Source: Azolla caroliniana (taxonomy: Eukaryota > Plantae > Polypodiophyta). From it: a stretch of DNA of 64,000 nt. Shown one piece after another: positions 35,601 through 47,007 of the stretch; positions within the stretch are counted from its first letter, which is position 1, and every line of letters begins with the position of its first letter. The notes below the pieces were generated by a model. The model was given only the letters and a program-made list of their open reading frames with translations. It was not told where the DNA came from and did not search any database. The translations under genes and the position numbers were made by a program. The stretch is from contig JBHGNT010000001.1 in the NCBI GenBank assembly GCA_043228905.1, positions 26,908,001 through 26,972,000 on the forward strand, written 5' to 3'.

Positions 35601-38131
35601 GGATCTTCGGATGCGAGGCGTACGCCCTTATTCCGAAAGATGATCGCCGAAAACTTGCACCTCGGTCCAGGAAATGCATTTTCCTTGGATATGGATCCGA
35701 CGGCGAAATGGGATACCGACTCTGGGACCCCGAACGCAGACAAATCGTTCGAAGTTCGGACGTTGTGTTCAACGAGTCGGCTATGAATCCATCAGTCGAA
35801 AAACCGATCGAAGTCCGAAGGGTAACATTTTCCGATGTGCCGACCCTTCAAGAAGGCCCCGCTCTCAACACACGGTCAGCTTCACGGGTAGCTGAACCTT
35901 ACACTACCGACTCGGACGACCCCGACTCGGCACAGCAGAACAATCCGCTTTCGGACCATCCGACCTCGATACCCGATGCGACCAGTCCAATCATACCTCG
36001 ACGATCCGAGAGACTGTCGCAACCTCCGGAGAGGTATTCTCCTGGAATTTTCTTCACCGACGCCGGCGAACCGACGTCTTACGAAGAAGCATCGACATCT
36101 GTCGATTCAGCCACCTGGCATCTGGCGATGGAGTCGGAAATGCACTCCATTCGGGCAAACAAGACTTGGGATCTGGTCGAATTACCTAGGAACCGACGTG
36201 CTCTTCCTTGCAAGTGGGTTTATCGACTAAAAGAGACGTCTGATTCGACCACCCCAAAGTACAAGGCCAGATTAGTTGCGAAGGGCTTCCGACAAGAATA
36301 TGGCGTCGACTTCGACGAGATTTTTTCACCAGTGGTGAAAATGACAACCCTCCGTTTTCTACTCGGCGTAGTGGCAGCCGACAACTTGGAGCTCATTCAG
36401 CTAGATGTCAAAACAGCCTTCCTCCATGGTGATCTTGACGAGGAAATTTATATGGAGCAGCCAAAAGGCTTTGTGGCACCTGGCCAAGAACATCTAGTCT
36501 GCCGACTCAGGAAGAGTCTATACGGCCTCAAACAGGCACCGCGACAATGGTACAAGAAGTTCGACGACTTCATCCAATCGATCGGCTTCTCCAAAAGTGA
36601 TGAGGACCATTGTCTCTTCACCAACACAGCTCAAGATGGATCACCCATCTTCCTCATCATTTACGTGGACGACATGCTAATTTCTGGACGCCACGCAGGC
36701 GAACTTGCCGATCTCATTCGGCAACTGCGGTTGAAGTTTGCCATGAAGGACCTCGGTCCGGCACGACACATACTCGGCATGAAGATTAGTCGGCATCGCG
36801 ACAAACGACATCTTTTTTTGTCTCAGACCGACTATATCGGACGTGTCTTGGAACGCTTCAACATGCAATCAGCCAAATCTGCTTCAACCCCGCTCCCAAT
36901 GAATCTTCGGCTCTCTCAGCGAGACTGCCCGACATCCGGCCCGGAGGGGGAAGATATGAAGTCGGTACCGTATGCACCGGCAGTCGGCTCCCTTATGTAC
37001 CTGATGGTCGCGACACGGCCTGAAATTTCTCATGCCGTAGGAGTCGTTAGCAGATTTATGCACAATCCTGGCCGATCGCATTGGAACGCAGTCAAGCATG
37101 TGTTCAGATATCTGGCTGGCACAAAAGACCATGGCATTCTTTTCGGTCCGAACCGAACCTCAGGCGTAGTCGGTTACACCGACTCGGACTTCGCCGGCTG
37201 TATAGACAGTCGGAAATCAACAACCGGATACTGCTTCAAATTCGGCAATGGAGCAATCTCGTGGAAGTCGAAACTTCAGGAGTGCACAGCGACCTCAACG
37301 ACCGAAGCAGAATATGTAGCTGCGTCCGACGCAGCAAAAGAAGCTTTGTGGCTCGGTCGGCTGGCGCACACGTTTCGACAAGTCGACCATGACTCGGCTC
37401 CAGTTGTCTACAGCGACAGTCAAGGTGCTGTTGCCTTGTCGAAAAATCCGGTTCACCACAACGCCTCCAAACATATCGACGTTCGATATCACTTCGTTCG
37501 GGACTGCGTCATTTCAGGGAAAATCGGTCTAGAGAAAATATCCACAACCGACAATGTCGCAGATGGAATGACCAAGTGTCTTTCGGCAGACCGTTTTCGG
37601 TCTCTTCGGCATCAGATGGGCGTAACGACAAACCAGTCCGGTTAGAGCCGGACACAGAGCAGGATGGTTCCCGACAACCGACATCAGTTCCTTAATGATC
37701 GGCTTCAACTGTTCCGACCCGACCAGTTCGGTCTTCTGCCTTCGGACCCTGCCGACTCGAACAAAGCTGATATGTCCGAGAACCTAAGTCTATACCTGTA
37801 ATCTTAGATAACCCATGTATACGCCCATTACGGGGGAGTGTCGAATACATGTGTATAATGGACGTATTCACACTATCCCGTTTTGGCCATTTATGTAATT
37901 AGCATAAAGGGTAGTTGCCCTAAGTCGGTCACTATATATAGTGACCTTGTAACCTTTTTGTAAGGTTGGGTGTTGTATTATTGCTTTATGGAATAAGGAG
38001 TCTTTTTGTGCCTCTCTGTCTCTCTCCCTCTCTCTCTCTCTGTGCAACGACCTACAAACTGTCATACGCAGGTATTCAGAACACAATCAAATGCTACTTG
38101 ATCTTCCGCAAAGACGACTTTGTCTCCAACA
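32667..38131 (+). mobile_element. Element E: full-length, apparently intact Ty1/copia in the D 5' LTR; 293-bp LTRs 32667-32959 and 37839-38131
   Basis: TSD AATAC; LTRs appear identical; PBS tggtatcagagcc; PPT cgggggag. Confidence 0.98.
33632..37645 (+). CDS. Copia Gag-Pol polyprotein of element E (~1337 aa)
   Basis: CNYCKKPGHIKADC zinc knuckle, WLLDSGAS protease, HHCC plus DDE integrase, YVDDML RT and ADGMTK RNase H; uninterrupted. Confidence 0.97.
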   Translation: MASTSGSSEMSLRKFDGSNFNFWKEQMQDYLIVKGQIDPIENEEPPEGYKPIEWQKLDRIVRATIRMHLSESVYFTVQSCTTTFELWKTLSDTYEKKVAATKMFLIRRLYNLRMKESDSVQAHLNEYESISSQISSQGTAIEDELRAMILMSSLPSSWETFVTTVCNASTTAVKYSEVTSAILTEAARRKSFAKDSTDDAYVVQGSTDRSNIRGRDSSRPPNNQRRRSQSRDNRICNYCKKPGHIKADCRALKNKNNKKSGRHEEINYVSFSADVLPDDPNILSIENPVGSEVLLTTEESSTWLLDSGASFHVTPHRSQFRQYTIRHSDSVRVGNSQHCDIIGIGTVELNLAGGSTLVLHNVRHVPELSRPLISVGQLDEDGIRAGFSSGGWTLHRGNLLLARGPKIHSLYPLHVTLREGNLFLVDIPVSSLWHRRLGHLSKAGITHLSRAGYIPKLSFSDHQFCEHCQYGKQAAASHPTSAPRETRPLDLVHSDVCGPMSHQSLGGASYFVTFIDDSTRKVWAYPIRTKDGVFSIFTDWLAMVENQTDRKLKCFRTDNGGEFKSEEFVKFCRQRGIRREFTTPHSPEQNGIAERMNRTIQERTVSMLQHSGLSDGFWAEALLTAVHIINMSPSRPLGLQIPQELWIGSKPNYDKLRIFGCEAYALIPKDDRRKLAPRSRKCIFLGYGSDGEMGYRLWDPERRQIVRSSDVVFNESAMNPSVEKPIEVRRVTFSDVPTLQEGPALNTRSASRVAEPYTTDSDDPDSAQQNNPLSDHPTSIPDATSPIIPRRSERLSQPPERYSPGIFFTDAGEPTSYEEASTSVDSATWHLAMESEMHSIRANKTWDLVELPRNRRALPCKWVYRLKETSDSTTPKYKARLVAKGFRQEYGVDFDEIFSPVVKMTTLRFLLGVVAADNLELIQLDVKTAFLHGDLDEEIYMEQPKGFVAPGQEHLVCRLRKSLYGLKQAPRQWYKKFDDFIQSIGFSKSDEDHCLFTNTAQDGSPIFLIIYVDDMLISGRHAGELADLIRQLRLKFAMKDLGPARHILGMKISRHRDKRHLFLSQTDYIGRVLERFNMQSAKSASTPLPMNLRLSQRDCPTSGPEGEDMKSVPYAPAVGSLMYLMVATRPEISHAVGVVSRFMHNPGRSHWNAVKHVFRYLAGTKDHGILFGPNRTSGVVGYTDSDFAGCIDSRKSTTGYCFKFGNGAISWKSKLQECTATSTTEAEYVAASDAAKEALWLGRLAHTFRQVDHDSAPVVYSDSQGAVALSKNPVHHNASKHIDVRYHFVRDCVISGKIGLEKISTTDNVADGMTKCLSADRFRSLRHQMGVTTNQSG

Positions 38132-38399
38132 AATACCGCCGCCTGTGGCGAGGACAGCGAGCTCAAGGTCGTCGCCTTGCAGCTCGCCGTTGTACATTCC
38201 CTGCGTATAGTGATAGTTGGAGTCTTGCACTCCCGTGGTTTTTCCCGTCTAGGGTTTTCCACGCTAAACCCTGTGCATTCGAGTCTCTCTCTGTGTTTTG
38301 ATTTACTTCTGCATTGATTCGTATTCCTCGGTTGTGGCCGAGAGGTTGGAAAGCGTCATTTCCCAACAATCTGGTATCAGAGCGACTGCAGTGCAGACA

Positions 38400-41300
38400 A
38401 TGGAAGGCGGCAGCAGCGGGCAGCCGGGGATGATGGTGCTGAATGCGCAGAACTACGCCGACTGGAAGATAAAGATGGAGGATCTGCTCATTGTTCGGGA
38501 CCTGTATGAACCGATCGACAGGTCGGAAATACCCAAGGGGGTACTTGAGACGGAATGGAGGCTTCTGAACCGGAAAGCCGTTGCAACCATTCGGCAATAC
38601 GTCGACGTGAGCGTTCTACAACACGTGGCGAACGACACCAACGCATATGAGATGTGGCAGAAGCTGTCGGGCCTCTACGAGAGGAAGAATGCGTTGAACC
38701 GGACCTCCCTGATGAGGAAGATAGTGAACCTCAAGTACCGGGACGGCGAGAATATGGTGGAACACGTAAGCACGTTCATGGGATTCGTGAACCAGCTTGC
38801 GGCGATCAAGTTCCCGTTGGAGGATGCAATGCAAGCCATCATTCTGATGTGTACATTGCCGGAAAGCTGGGAGAACTTGGTGGTGACTCTCAGCACCTCC
38901 TGCACCGAAGATAACTTGTCCCTACAAACGGTAAAGACAAGTATTTTGAACGAAGAAGCGCGTCGGAGAGATAAAGAACCGGCCTCCGATCCGAAGATGC
39001 TGCTTACCGAATCGGGTCGGGGAAGACAACGGAACCGGAGTCCGCAAAGACGGGAGAAGTCGGGGACCCGGTCGCAGTCAAGAGGAAGGCCCACATGCTT
39101 CCACTGTGGGAAGTCGGGGCACTTCCGAAAGAATTGTCGGCATTACCGAAAAGACAACGGAGCCGACGACACCGATTCGAAGAAGTCTTCGGAACGGAAT
39201 GGTGCTTACCGGGGAGCCACAGACCGGAAAGGAACGACGGCACTCGCGGCAAGCGAAGAGGAGATCATGCTCATCACCGAAGAAGGTGAACTAAACATTG
39301 CCGGCGATGAGACTACCTGGGTGGTCGATTCCGGAGCGTCGTTCCACCTGACCCCGGAAAGAAGATACTTCTCATCCTACACAGCCGGTGAGCATGGCTG
39401 TGTTCGGATGGGAAATGAAGGTACGTGCCGGATTGCCGGCATAGGAGACGTATGGTTGACAACCTCGACCGGATGCAAAATGTTGCTGAAGGATGTCCGA
39501 CACGTTCCGGAGGTTCGATTGAACCTGATTTCGGCCGGGAGGCTAGACGATGAAGGCTACACAGGTAGCATCCGGAACTGCGTAATGAAGTTCAGCAAGG
39601 GGAGCCTGATAGTGGCTCGGGCCCGGAAAGTCAACACACTGTACCTTATGAATTCCTGGTTGTGTCCGGAGGAGTTGAACGTGGCAGCCGACACTGCCGG
39701 TGAGTTGTGGCACAAGAGACTGTGCCACATGAGTGAGAAGGGGATGAAGAGGCTTGCAGAAGACAACCTTATTCCAGTGAAGCATGTGCACCTGGAGAAG
39801 TGCACCAATTGCCTGGCCGGTAAGCAGAACCGAACCTCCTTCCACTCAAGGCCACCGACGAGACGTAGCGCACCATTGGAGTTGGTGCACACTGACGTGT
39901 GTCAAGTAGAAACAAAGTCACATGGCGGAGCCCAGTACTTCGTGACATTCATTGATGACCACAGCCGGAAGCTGTGGACGGCACCGTTGAAGAAAAAGGA
40001 CCAAGTGTTGTGCGTCTTCAAAGAACTCCACGCGAGAGTGGAAAGGGAATCCGGCAAGAAGCTGAAAGCGATACGAGCGGATAACGAAGGGGAATACCGG
40101 GGGCAGTTCGAGGAGTACTGTCGCTCGAAGGGAATCCGGCTCGAGTTTACTGTGCCGAAGACGCCGGAACTGAACGGGCTGGCCGAGAGGATGAACCCAA
40201 CCATAATGGAGAGGGTCCGGAGTATGCTGGTGCATGCGAAATTACCCAAGGGGTTTTGGGCTGAGGCAATGTCGACGGCGACATACGTGATAAACAGATC
40301 ACCCTCAGTACCTTTGGACGGAGACACGCCACAGAGAGTGTGGACCGGTAGGGAAGTATCCTACCGGCATCTGAAGGTGTTCGGGTGTCTCGCATATGTG
40401 CATGTGGCAAAGGACCGGAGAGGAAAGCTAGATCCAAAGACCCGGCCATGCATATTCCTCGGTTACGGCGATGACGAGTTCGGCTACCGAGTATGGGACC
40501 CGGTCGACAAAAAGATATTCCGAAGTCGTAATATCATCTTCATGGAGGACAAGACACTCGCCGACTGGGAGTCGGAGAAGAAGATGAAGAGCTCCAAGTC
40601 GACCGGTGAGGATCAACTCTACGAGGAGCAGTCCCGACCGGCAAGGGACCGGTTAGCACTCGAGGATCCGGCCGAAGACGGTGAAGAAACAGAACCGGCC
40701 GAGGAAGATGAAGCTGATACCGGAACCGGCCCCGATCCCGAAATGGATTCGGATGAAGAGGAAACGGAGGAGCCGGTTACCGAAGCTCCGGAACGGAGAT
40801 ATCCTCTAAGAGAGAGAAGGGCCCCCCGGAGATTTCCGGAACCAGAGCACGTGCTGCTAACCGACGAGGGGGAGCCAGAGAGTTTTGAAGAAGCAAAGCT
40901 TGACACCCATAGCCGCAGGTGGTTAAGTGCCATGCAGGAGGAGATGGATTCCCTGCATGAGAACCACACATATGAACTTGTGGAGTTGCCGAAAGGAAAG
41001 CGGGCACTTCGAAACAAGTGGGTGTTCAAGCTGAAACCGGGAGATGCCGGAAACCCCCCGAGATACAAAGCCAGGATCGTGGTGAAGGGGTTCCAGCAGA
41101 AGAAGGGCGTCGACTTCGACGAGATATTTGCCCCGGTAGTGAAGATGACCTCCATCCGGAAGGTGCTGAGCATAGCGGCAAGCATGGACCTCGAGGTAGA
41201 ACAGATGGACGTGAAGACGGCATTCCTTCACGGTGACCTCGAAGAAGAGATCTACATGCAGCAACCGGAAGGATTCGAGAAGAAAGGGAAGGAGCACCTG

Positions 41301-42443
41301 GTATGCCGGTTGAAGAAGAGCCTTTACGGACTGAAGCAGGCTCCCCGGCAATGGTACCGAAAGTTCGACTCTTTCATGACCGACGAAGGGTATCACAAAA
41401 CGCAGTCCGATCACTGCGTGTTTGTGAAGAAGTTCGAAGGAGGAGACTTTCTAATACTCCTCCTGTACGTGGACGACATGTTGATCGTCGGACAGGACCA
41501 GGTCAAGATACGGATGCTGAAGAAAGCGCTTCACCGAACCTTCTCAATGAAGGACCTGGGTCCGGCGAGGCAAATACTAGGGATGCACATCATCCGGGAC
41601 CGGAAGAAGAAGCAGTTGTGGCTGTCACAGGAGAAGTACGTGACAAAGGTGCTTCATCGGTTCAACATGTCGGAAGCAAGACCGGTCGGGTCAACCCTCC
41701 CGGCAAACTGCAAGTTGTCCAGCAAGCAAAGCCCCAAGACAAAGGCTGAGAAGGAGGACATGATGAAAGTACCATATGCCTCTGCCGTCGGAAGCTTGAT
41801 GTACGCAATGGTGTGTACAAGACCGGACATAGGATATGCAGTCGGAGTGGTGAGCCGGTACATGAGCAATCCCGGCAAAGAGCACTGGAACGCGGCCAAG
41901 TGGATACTCCGATACCTGAAGGGCACGGCAAATGTGTGCCTCCGATTCGGCTCCGGTAAGCCCGAACTCGATGGCTTTACCGATTCGGATATGTCGGCTG
42001 ATGCAGATACCAGCCGGTCCACATCAGGGTATGTGATGACGTATGCAGGGGGAGCTGTTTCGTGGCAGTCGAGGCTGCAGAAGACGGTTGCGTTGTCAAC
42101 CACGGAGGCGGAGTACATGGCAGCTGTTGAAGCCGGCAAGGAAATAATATGGATGAAGGACTTCATTAGAGAGCTCGGTATCCGGCAGGAGGAGTACCGA
42201 CTCTACTGCGACAGTCAGAGTGCCATCCACCTTGCGAAGAACGCGGCCTATCACTCACGGACGAAGCACATCCAGCGAAGATATCACTGGATCCGGGAAA
42301 GGATAGAAGACCAGGAGTTCGTGCTGACGAAGATCCACACGGACGAGAACGGGTCAGATATGCTGACCAAAGTGCTCACACCCGACAAGCTGGAAGCGTG
42401 CCGGAAGAGGGTCGGACTGGAAAGACATCCCATGCCGAAGTGA
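38400..42443 (+). CDS. Copia Gag-Pol polyprotein of element D (~1347 aa from the ATG after the PBS)
   Basis: CFHCGKSGHFRKNC, WVVDSGAS, integrase, YVDDML and SDMLTK; uninterrupted. Confidence 0.97.
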   Translation: MEGGSSGQPGMMVLNAQNYADWKIKMEDLLIVRDLYEPIDRSEIPKGVLETEWRLLNRKAVATIRQYVDVSVLQHVANDTNAYEMWQKLSGLYERKNALNRTSLMRKIVNLKYRDGENMVEHVSTFMGFVNQLAAIKFPLEDAMQAIILMCTLPESWENLVVTLSTSCTEDNLSLQTVKTSILNEEARRRDKEPASDPKMLLTESGRGRQRNRSPQRREKSGTRSQSRGRPTCFHCGKSGHFRKNCRHYRKDNGADDTDSKKSSERNGAYRGATDRKGTTALAASEEEIMLITEEGELNIAGDETTWVVDSGASFHLTPERRYFSSYTAGEHGCVRMGNEGTCRIAGIGDVWLTTSTGCKMLLKDVRHVPEVRLNLISAGRLDDEGYTGSIRNCVMKFSKGSLIVARARKVNTLYLMNSWLCPEELNVAADTAGELWHKRLCHMSEKGMKRLAEDNLIPVKHVHLEKCTNCLAGKQNRTSFHSRPPTRRSAPLELVHTDVCQVETKSHGGAQYFVTFIDDHSRKLWTAPLKKKDQVLCVFKELHARVERESGKKLKAIRADNEGEYRGQFEEYCRSKGIRLEFTVPKTPELNGLAERMNPTIMERVRSMLVHAKLPKGFWAEAMSTATYVINRSPSVPLDGDTPQRVWTGREVSYRHLKVFGCLAYVHVAKDRRGKLDPKTRPCIFLGYGDDEFGYRVWDPVDKKIFRSRNIIFMEDKTLADWESEKKMKSSKSTGEDQLYEEQSRPARDRLALEDPAEDGEETEPAEEDEADTGTGPDPEMDSDEEETEEPVTEAPERRYPLRERRAPRRFPEPEHVLLTDEGEPESFEEAKLDTHSRRWLSAMQEEMDSLHENHTYELVELPKGKRALRNKWVFKLKPGDAGNPPRYKARIVVKGFQQKKGVDFDEIFAPVVKMTSIRKVLSIAASMDLEVEQMDVKTAFLHGDLEEEIYMQQPEGFEKKGKEHLVCRLKKSLYGLKQAPRQWYRKFDSFMTDEGYHKTQSDHCVFVKKFEGGDFLILLLYVDDMLIVGQDQVKIRMLKKALHRTFSMKDLGPARQILGMHIIRDRKKKQLWLSQEKYVTKVLHRFNMSEARPVGSTLPANCKLSSKQSPKTKAEKEDMMKVPYASAVGSLMYAMVCTRPDIGYAVGVVSRYMSNPGKEHWNAAKWILRYLKGTANVCLRFGSGKPELDGFTDSDMSADADTSRSTSGYVMTYAGGAVSWQSRLQKTVALSTTEAEYMAAVEAGKEIIWMKDFIRELGIRQEEYRLYCDSQSAIHLAKNAAYHSRTKHIQRRYHWIRERIEDQEFVLTKIHTDENGSDMLTKVLTPDKLEACRKRVGLERHPMPK

Positions 42444-45400
42444 AGGGGGAGTTTGTTGGGATTACGGTCCCTCCGGATGGGATGGTCAGATGTCCGGGAA
42501 TCGGGAATGAAGACCCGGTTTCGGATCCGGATGATGAAGACCCCGGCTACGGAGCCGGATGACGAAGACCCGGTTTCGGATCCGGATGATGAAGACCCCG
42601 GCTACGGAGCCGGATGACGAATGTACCCGGAGAGAGATCCGGATGCGGGGACATATTTATGAATATGTTTGCCAAGGGCCCTCTAGGCTATATTTGTAAA
42701 TAGCCCGAAAGTCATATGTGTATAAATATGACTTAGGGCAAACAGTTTTGTTGTTGTTGCTCATTTTTCTGTTTTCCACTTAGAGGGAGCGAAGTGAGAG
42801 CAGCCGAGAGAGAGAGTGAGAGAGAGCGAAAGGAAGAGGTCGACGCCTCTGTGTAATACCGCCGCCTGTGGCGAGGACAGCGAGCTCAAGGTCGTCGCCT
42901 TGCAGCTCGCCGTTGTACATTCCCTGCGTATAGTGATAGTTGGAGTCTTGCACTCCCGTGGTTTTTCCCGTCTAGGGTTTTCCACGCTAAACCCTGTGCA
43001 TTCGAGTCTCTCTCTGTGTTTTGATTTACTTCTGCATTGATTCGTATTCCTCGGTTGTGGCCGAGAGGTTGGAAAGCGTCATTTCCCAACACTCTAAACC
43101 TAACGGTATACCCTCTAATGCAAAATGGGCAACCCCTTCACAAAGGGCGTTCCCTTTCTTTTATAGAACAAGGAAAGGGATGTGTTACAATGTGGGACAA
43201 ATCCCGGCTTACATGGGATCGTCTGCCCCGACTTGACTACTCTTCGGCGCCATAAAGGCGCCCTCGATATTCACACTAAATGTACATGGGTGCGTTCACA
43301 CGCTGCACCCCGCCGATGTAGCCAATGTTTCCCGGTTTCCGCCTCTGGCCGAAATTCTTCACGACAACGTAGAATATTATTTTCATTTATGTTTTATTAT
43401 AGAAAATTGATGTATATTCCAGATTTCTCTGGAACATTCTAGAAACTTCAGGAGTATTCCTTAGAACACTATAAAAGGAGGCACAAGGCATTATTTTGAA
43501 CCAAATCGGTTCAACGCCAGTCTTAAGCCTCCTAGCTACTGTACATTTTCTTCACATAATATATATCTTTTCTTATCATCACTCTCTCTCTCTCTCCCTC
43601 CCTCTCACTCACTCTTTCCTTCTCTCGAGAGTTCTTCACCTCTCTTAGTACTAATACTTCTTTTAGTACTAATTCCTTCTCTGTCTTAGTACTGTTCCTG
43701 ACACGAGTCAGCTATGCTTAAAACGGCCGAAAGGCCTATTGAAGTCCGAAGGGTAATATTCTCCGAAGTGCCAACCCTTCATGAAGGCCCACCCCACAAC
43801 ACGAGATCGGTTTCATGGGTAACCGACACCTCTCGTCCTGAATCCACTGATTCAGCACAGCCGAATGGCTCAGCTTCCGACCATCCGACACCTATACCCG
43901 GTGCGACCAGTCTAGTCATACCTCGAAGATCCGAGAGACTGTCGCAACCTCCGGAACGGTACTCTCCCGGAATTTTCTTCACCCACGCCGGTGAACCGAC
44001 ATCTTACGAAGAAGCATCGGCATCTACCGACTCAGCCACCTGCATCTGGCGATGGAGTCGGAAATGCACTCCATTCGCGCAAACAAGACTTGGGACTTGG
44101 TCGAATTACCGAAGAATCGACGTGCTCTTTCGTGTAAGTGGGTTTATCGACTAAAAGAGACGTCTGACTCGACCAACCCAAAGTACAAGGCCAGACTAGT
44201 TGTGAAGGGATTTCGACAAGAATATGGCGTCGACTTCGACGAAATATTTTCACCAATGGTGAAAATGACAACCCTTTGTTTCATGCTCGGCGTCGTGGCT
44301 GCCGACAACGTGGAGCTGATTTAGCTAGATGTAAAAACGGCATTCCTCCACGGTGACCTATAGGAGGAAATCTATATGGAGTAGCCGAAAGGCTTTGTGG
44401 CATCCGGCCAGGAACATCTAATCTGTTGACTTAGGAAGAGTTTATACGGCCTTAAACAGGCACCCCGACAATGGTACAAGAAGTTCGACGACTTCATCCA
44501 GTTGGTCGGCCTCTCCAAGAGTGATGAGGACCACTGTCTTTTCACCAAAATAGCTCAAGATGGGTCTCCCGTCTTCCTCATCATTTACGTGGACGACATG
44601 CTACTCTCCGACCGACATGCCGGAGAGCTCACCGAACTCCTTTGGAAACTGCGGTTGAAGTTTGCCATGAAGGACCTCGGTCCAGCAAGACACATACTTG
44701 GTATGAAGATTAGTCGGCATCGCGATAAATGCCAACTTTTCTTGTCTCAAATCGACTACATTGGACGTGTCTTGGAACGCTTCAACATGCACTCGACCAA
44801 GTCTGCTTCGACCCCACTCCCCATTAACCTTCGACTATCTCAGCGAGACTGCCCGACATCTGGTCCGGAGGGGGAAGATATGAAGTCCGTACCGTATGCA
44901 TCGACAATCGGCTCCCTTAAGTACGCGATGGTCACAACACGGCCTGATATTTCTCACGTCGTGGGAGTTGTCAGCAGATTCATGCACAACCCAGGCCGAT
45001 CGTATTGGAACGCAGTCAATCATGTGTTTAGATATCTAGTTGGCACAAAATACCACGACATTCTTTTTGGCCCGAACTTAACCTCAAGCGTAGTCGGTTA
45101 CACCGACTCGGACCTCGCCGGCTACGTGGACAGTCGGAAATCAACAACCGGATATTGTTTCAAATTCGGCAATGGAGCAATCTCGTGGAAGTCGAAACTT
45201 CAGGAGTGCACAACCACCTCAACAACCGAAGTGGAATATGTAGCTGCATTCGACACGACAAAAGAAGCTTTATTGCTCGGTCGGCTGGCGCACATGTTTC
45301 GACAAGTCGACTTCGACTCAGCTCTAGTTGTCTACAGCGACAGTCAGGGTGTTGTTGCTTTGTCAAAAAATCCGGTTCACCACAACGCCTCCAAGCATAT

Positions 45401-46078
45401 CGACGTTCGATATCACTTTGTTTGGGACTGCATCATTTCAGGGAAAATCGGCCTCGAGAAGATATCCACAACCGATAATGTCGCAGATGGAATGACCAAG
45501 TGTCCTTCAGCGGACCGCTTCCGGTCCCTTCGGCACCAGATGGGCGTAATGAAAAATCGGTCCGGTTAAAGTCAGACACACATCACAGGATGGTTTCAGA
45601 CAACCGACATCGGTTCTTTGAGGATCGGCTTCAGCTCTTCCGACCCGACCGATTCGGTCTTCTGTCTTCAAATCTTGCTGACTCAAACAAAATTGATCTG
45701 TCCGATAAACCTTGTATATACCTGTAATTTCAGATAACCCATGTATACGCCCATTACGGGGGAGTGTCGAATACGAGTGTATAATGGCCATATTCACACT
45801 GTCTCTTTGGATAGCCCAAGTTTGGGCTATTTTTGTAAATAGTATAAAGGGTAGTTGCCCTAGGATAGTCACTATATAAAGTGACTTTGTAACCTTTAGT
45901 AAAAGGGGGTTGGTTGGTTGTCATTTTGTAACAGTTGCTATTAAGAAATAAAACGTTTATTTGTGCCTATATATATATATATATATATTTGTACCTTGTT
46001 CATTCTCATACACAGGTCCTTCAACATCACAGATGTTGTTTGTTCTTCCACACTTACGAACTTGTCCCCAACAGGAAG

Positions 46079-46962
46079 TATGGGGCAGTAGCATCCCAAA
46101 ATCTATGTGGAAAGAGTTTGAAAATGTCCAAAAGCATTTTCTTACAAAGTTTTTACAAGTTAAGAAACAAACGCCCTACACCCTCCTCCTTGAGACTAGA
46201 TCGTTTCCCATTGAGATCATGGCCATTGAAAGGGTTGTTGAATACATGCTTAAGGTTCAAAAAAGTCCCTCGCATCGACTTCCTAAAATTGCATGGGAAG
46301 CAAGCAAAAAGATCCAAAAGACGCATAAAAGCAAAATTTTGTGTTCCGGTTGGATGCAAGATTTAGAAAAATGGTTTGGTAGATGGGATGCAAGATACTT
46401 GCTTCATGATGCGTCACTAGATTCCTCTGTAAATGAGGCGTTTTTGCAACGCCAATGTATCATGAGATGGGACAAATGTGGTGGCTCACGCTTCACACAT
46501 TATACAACAAATGTTGCACCTAACTACAAAACCATATTCTTCACGAAACGAGGAAGCCGTACACATCAATACATGTTAGAGCCCATCCCGATATCTGCCA
46601 TTCGAACCATTGCTTCCATGCGACTTAGCTCGCACGCATTGAGATGTGAGACGGGGCATTGGGGCACAAGTGATGAGTGTGGCCGACTATGCACACTTTG
46701 CCCTAAACAAGTTCGAGAGTCTAAGTATCACACTTTGATACAATGCTCTGCCTTTGATCATATTTGACCATGCTTTCCACATCTCTTTGATCGAGCCCAA
46801 TCCTTGCACGAATTTCTCTCACAACCACGATGTGCACTCTCGATTGAAACATTCATTGGTAATTGAACATCGAGAGTCACTACTCACCTTCACACGTATC
46901 ACGTGAAATGTAATATTTTTGGTCTCATAGGTCATATTTTACCTTCGAAGACGATAATATAA

Positions 46963-46965
<3 letters not shown>
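46079..46965 (+). mobile_element. 3' piece of the truncated LINE hosting element A, ending in an (AT)n tail
   Basis: RLSSHALRCETGHW..RLCTLC..ESKYHTLIQC C-terminal motif; (TA)n at ~46965-47005. Confidence 0.88.

Positions 46966-47007
<42 letters not shown>

Larger units (their letters stand above)
32151..43091 (+). mobile_element. Element D: full-length Ty1/copia in the C LTR; 5' LTR 32151-32666 + 38137-38368, 3' LTR 42454-43091
   Basis: TSD CTCTA; PBS tggtatcagagc at 38372; PPT gaagggggag; intact ORF. Confidence 0.97.
27401..43366 (-). mobile_element. Element C: gag-only (pol-less) gypsy-like LTR element in the B 3' LTR; LTRs 27401-28154 and 31665-32150 + 43097-43366
   Basis: ~754-bp LTR pair with TGTCG..CGACA ends; 4-bp TSD ACGT; minus-strand PBS TGGTGAAACCGACGTGA (tRNA-Trp-like); PPT-like ggtgggggcgga. 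Confidence 0.92.
26677..43703 (+). mobile_element. Element B: non-autonomous chromovirus derivative in the integrase of A; 5' LTR 26677-27093 (right half inverted), chromodomain, 3' LTR 27316-27400 + 43371-43703
   Basis: TGTCA..TGACA ends; TSD tgagt/cgagt (one CpG-type mismatch; E reads aacgagtc at this site); PPT aaaggggggatag. Confidence 0.92.
23659..46073 (+). mobile_element. Element A: degenerate Ty1/copia; LTRs 23659-23974 and 45765-46073; internal 23975-26676 and 43704-45764
   Basis: TG..CA LTR pair; TSD GGAAG (23654-58 / 46074-78); PBS tggtatcagagc (tRNA-iMet); PPT cgggggag; gag-PR-IN-RT-RH order with stops and frameshifts. Same family as E. Confidence 0.96.
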
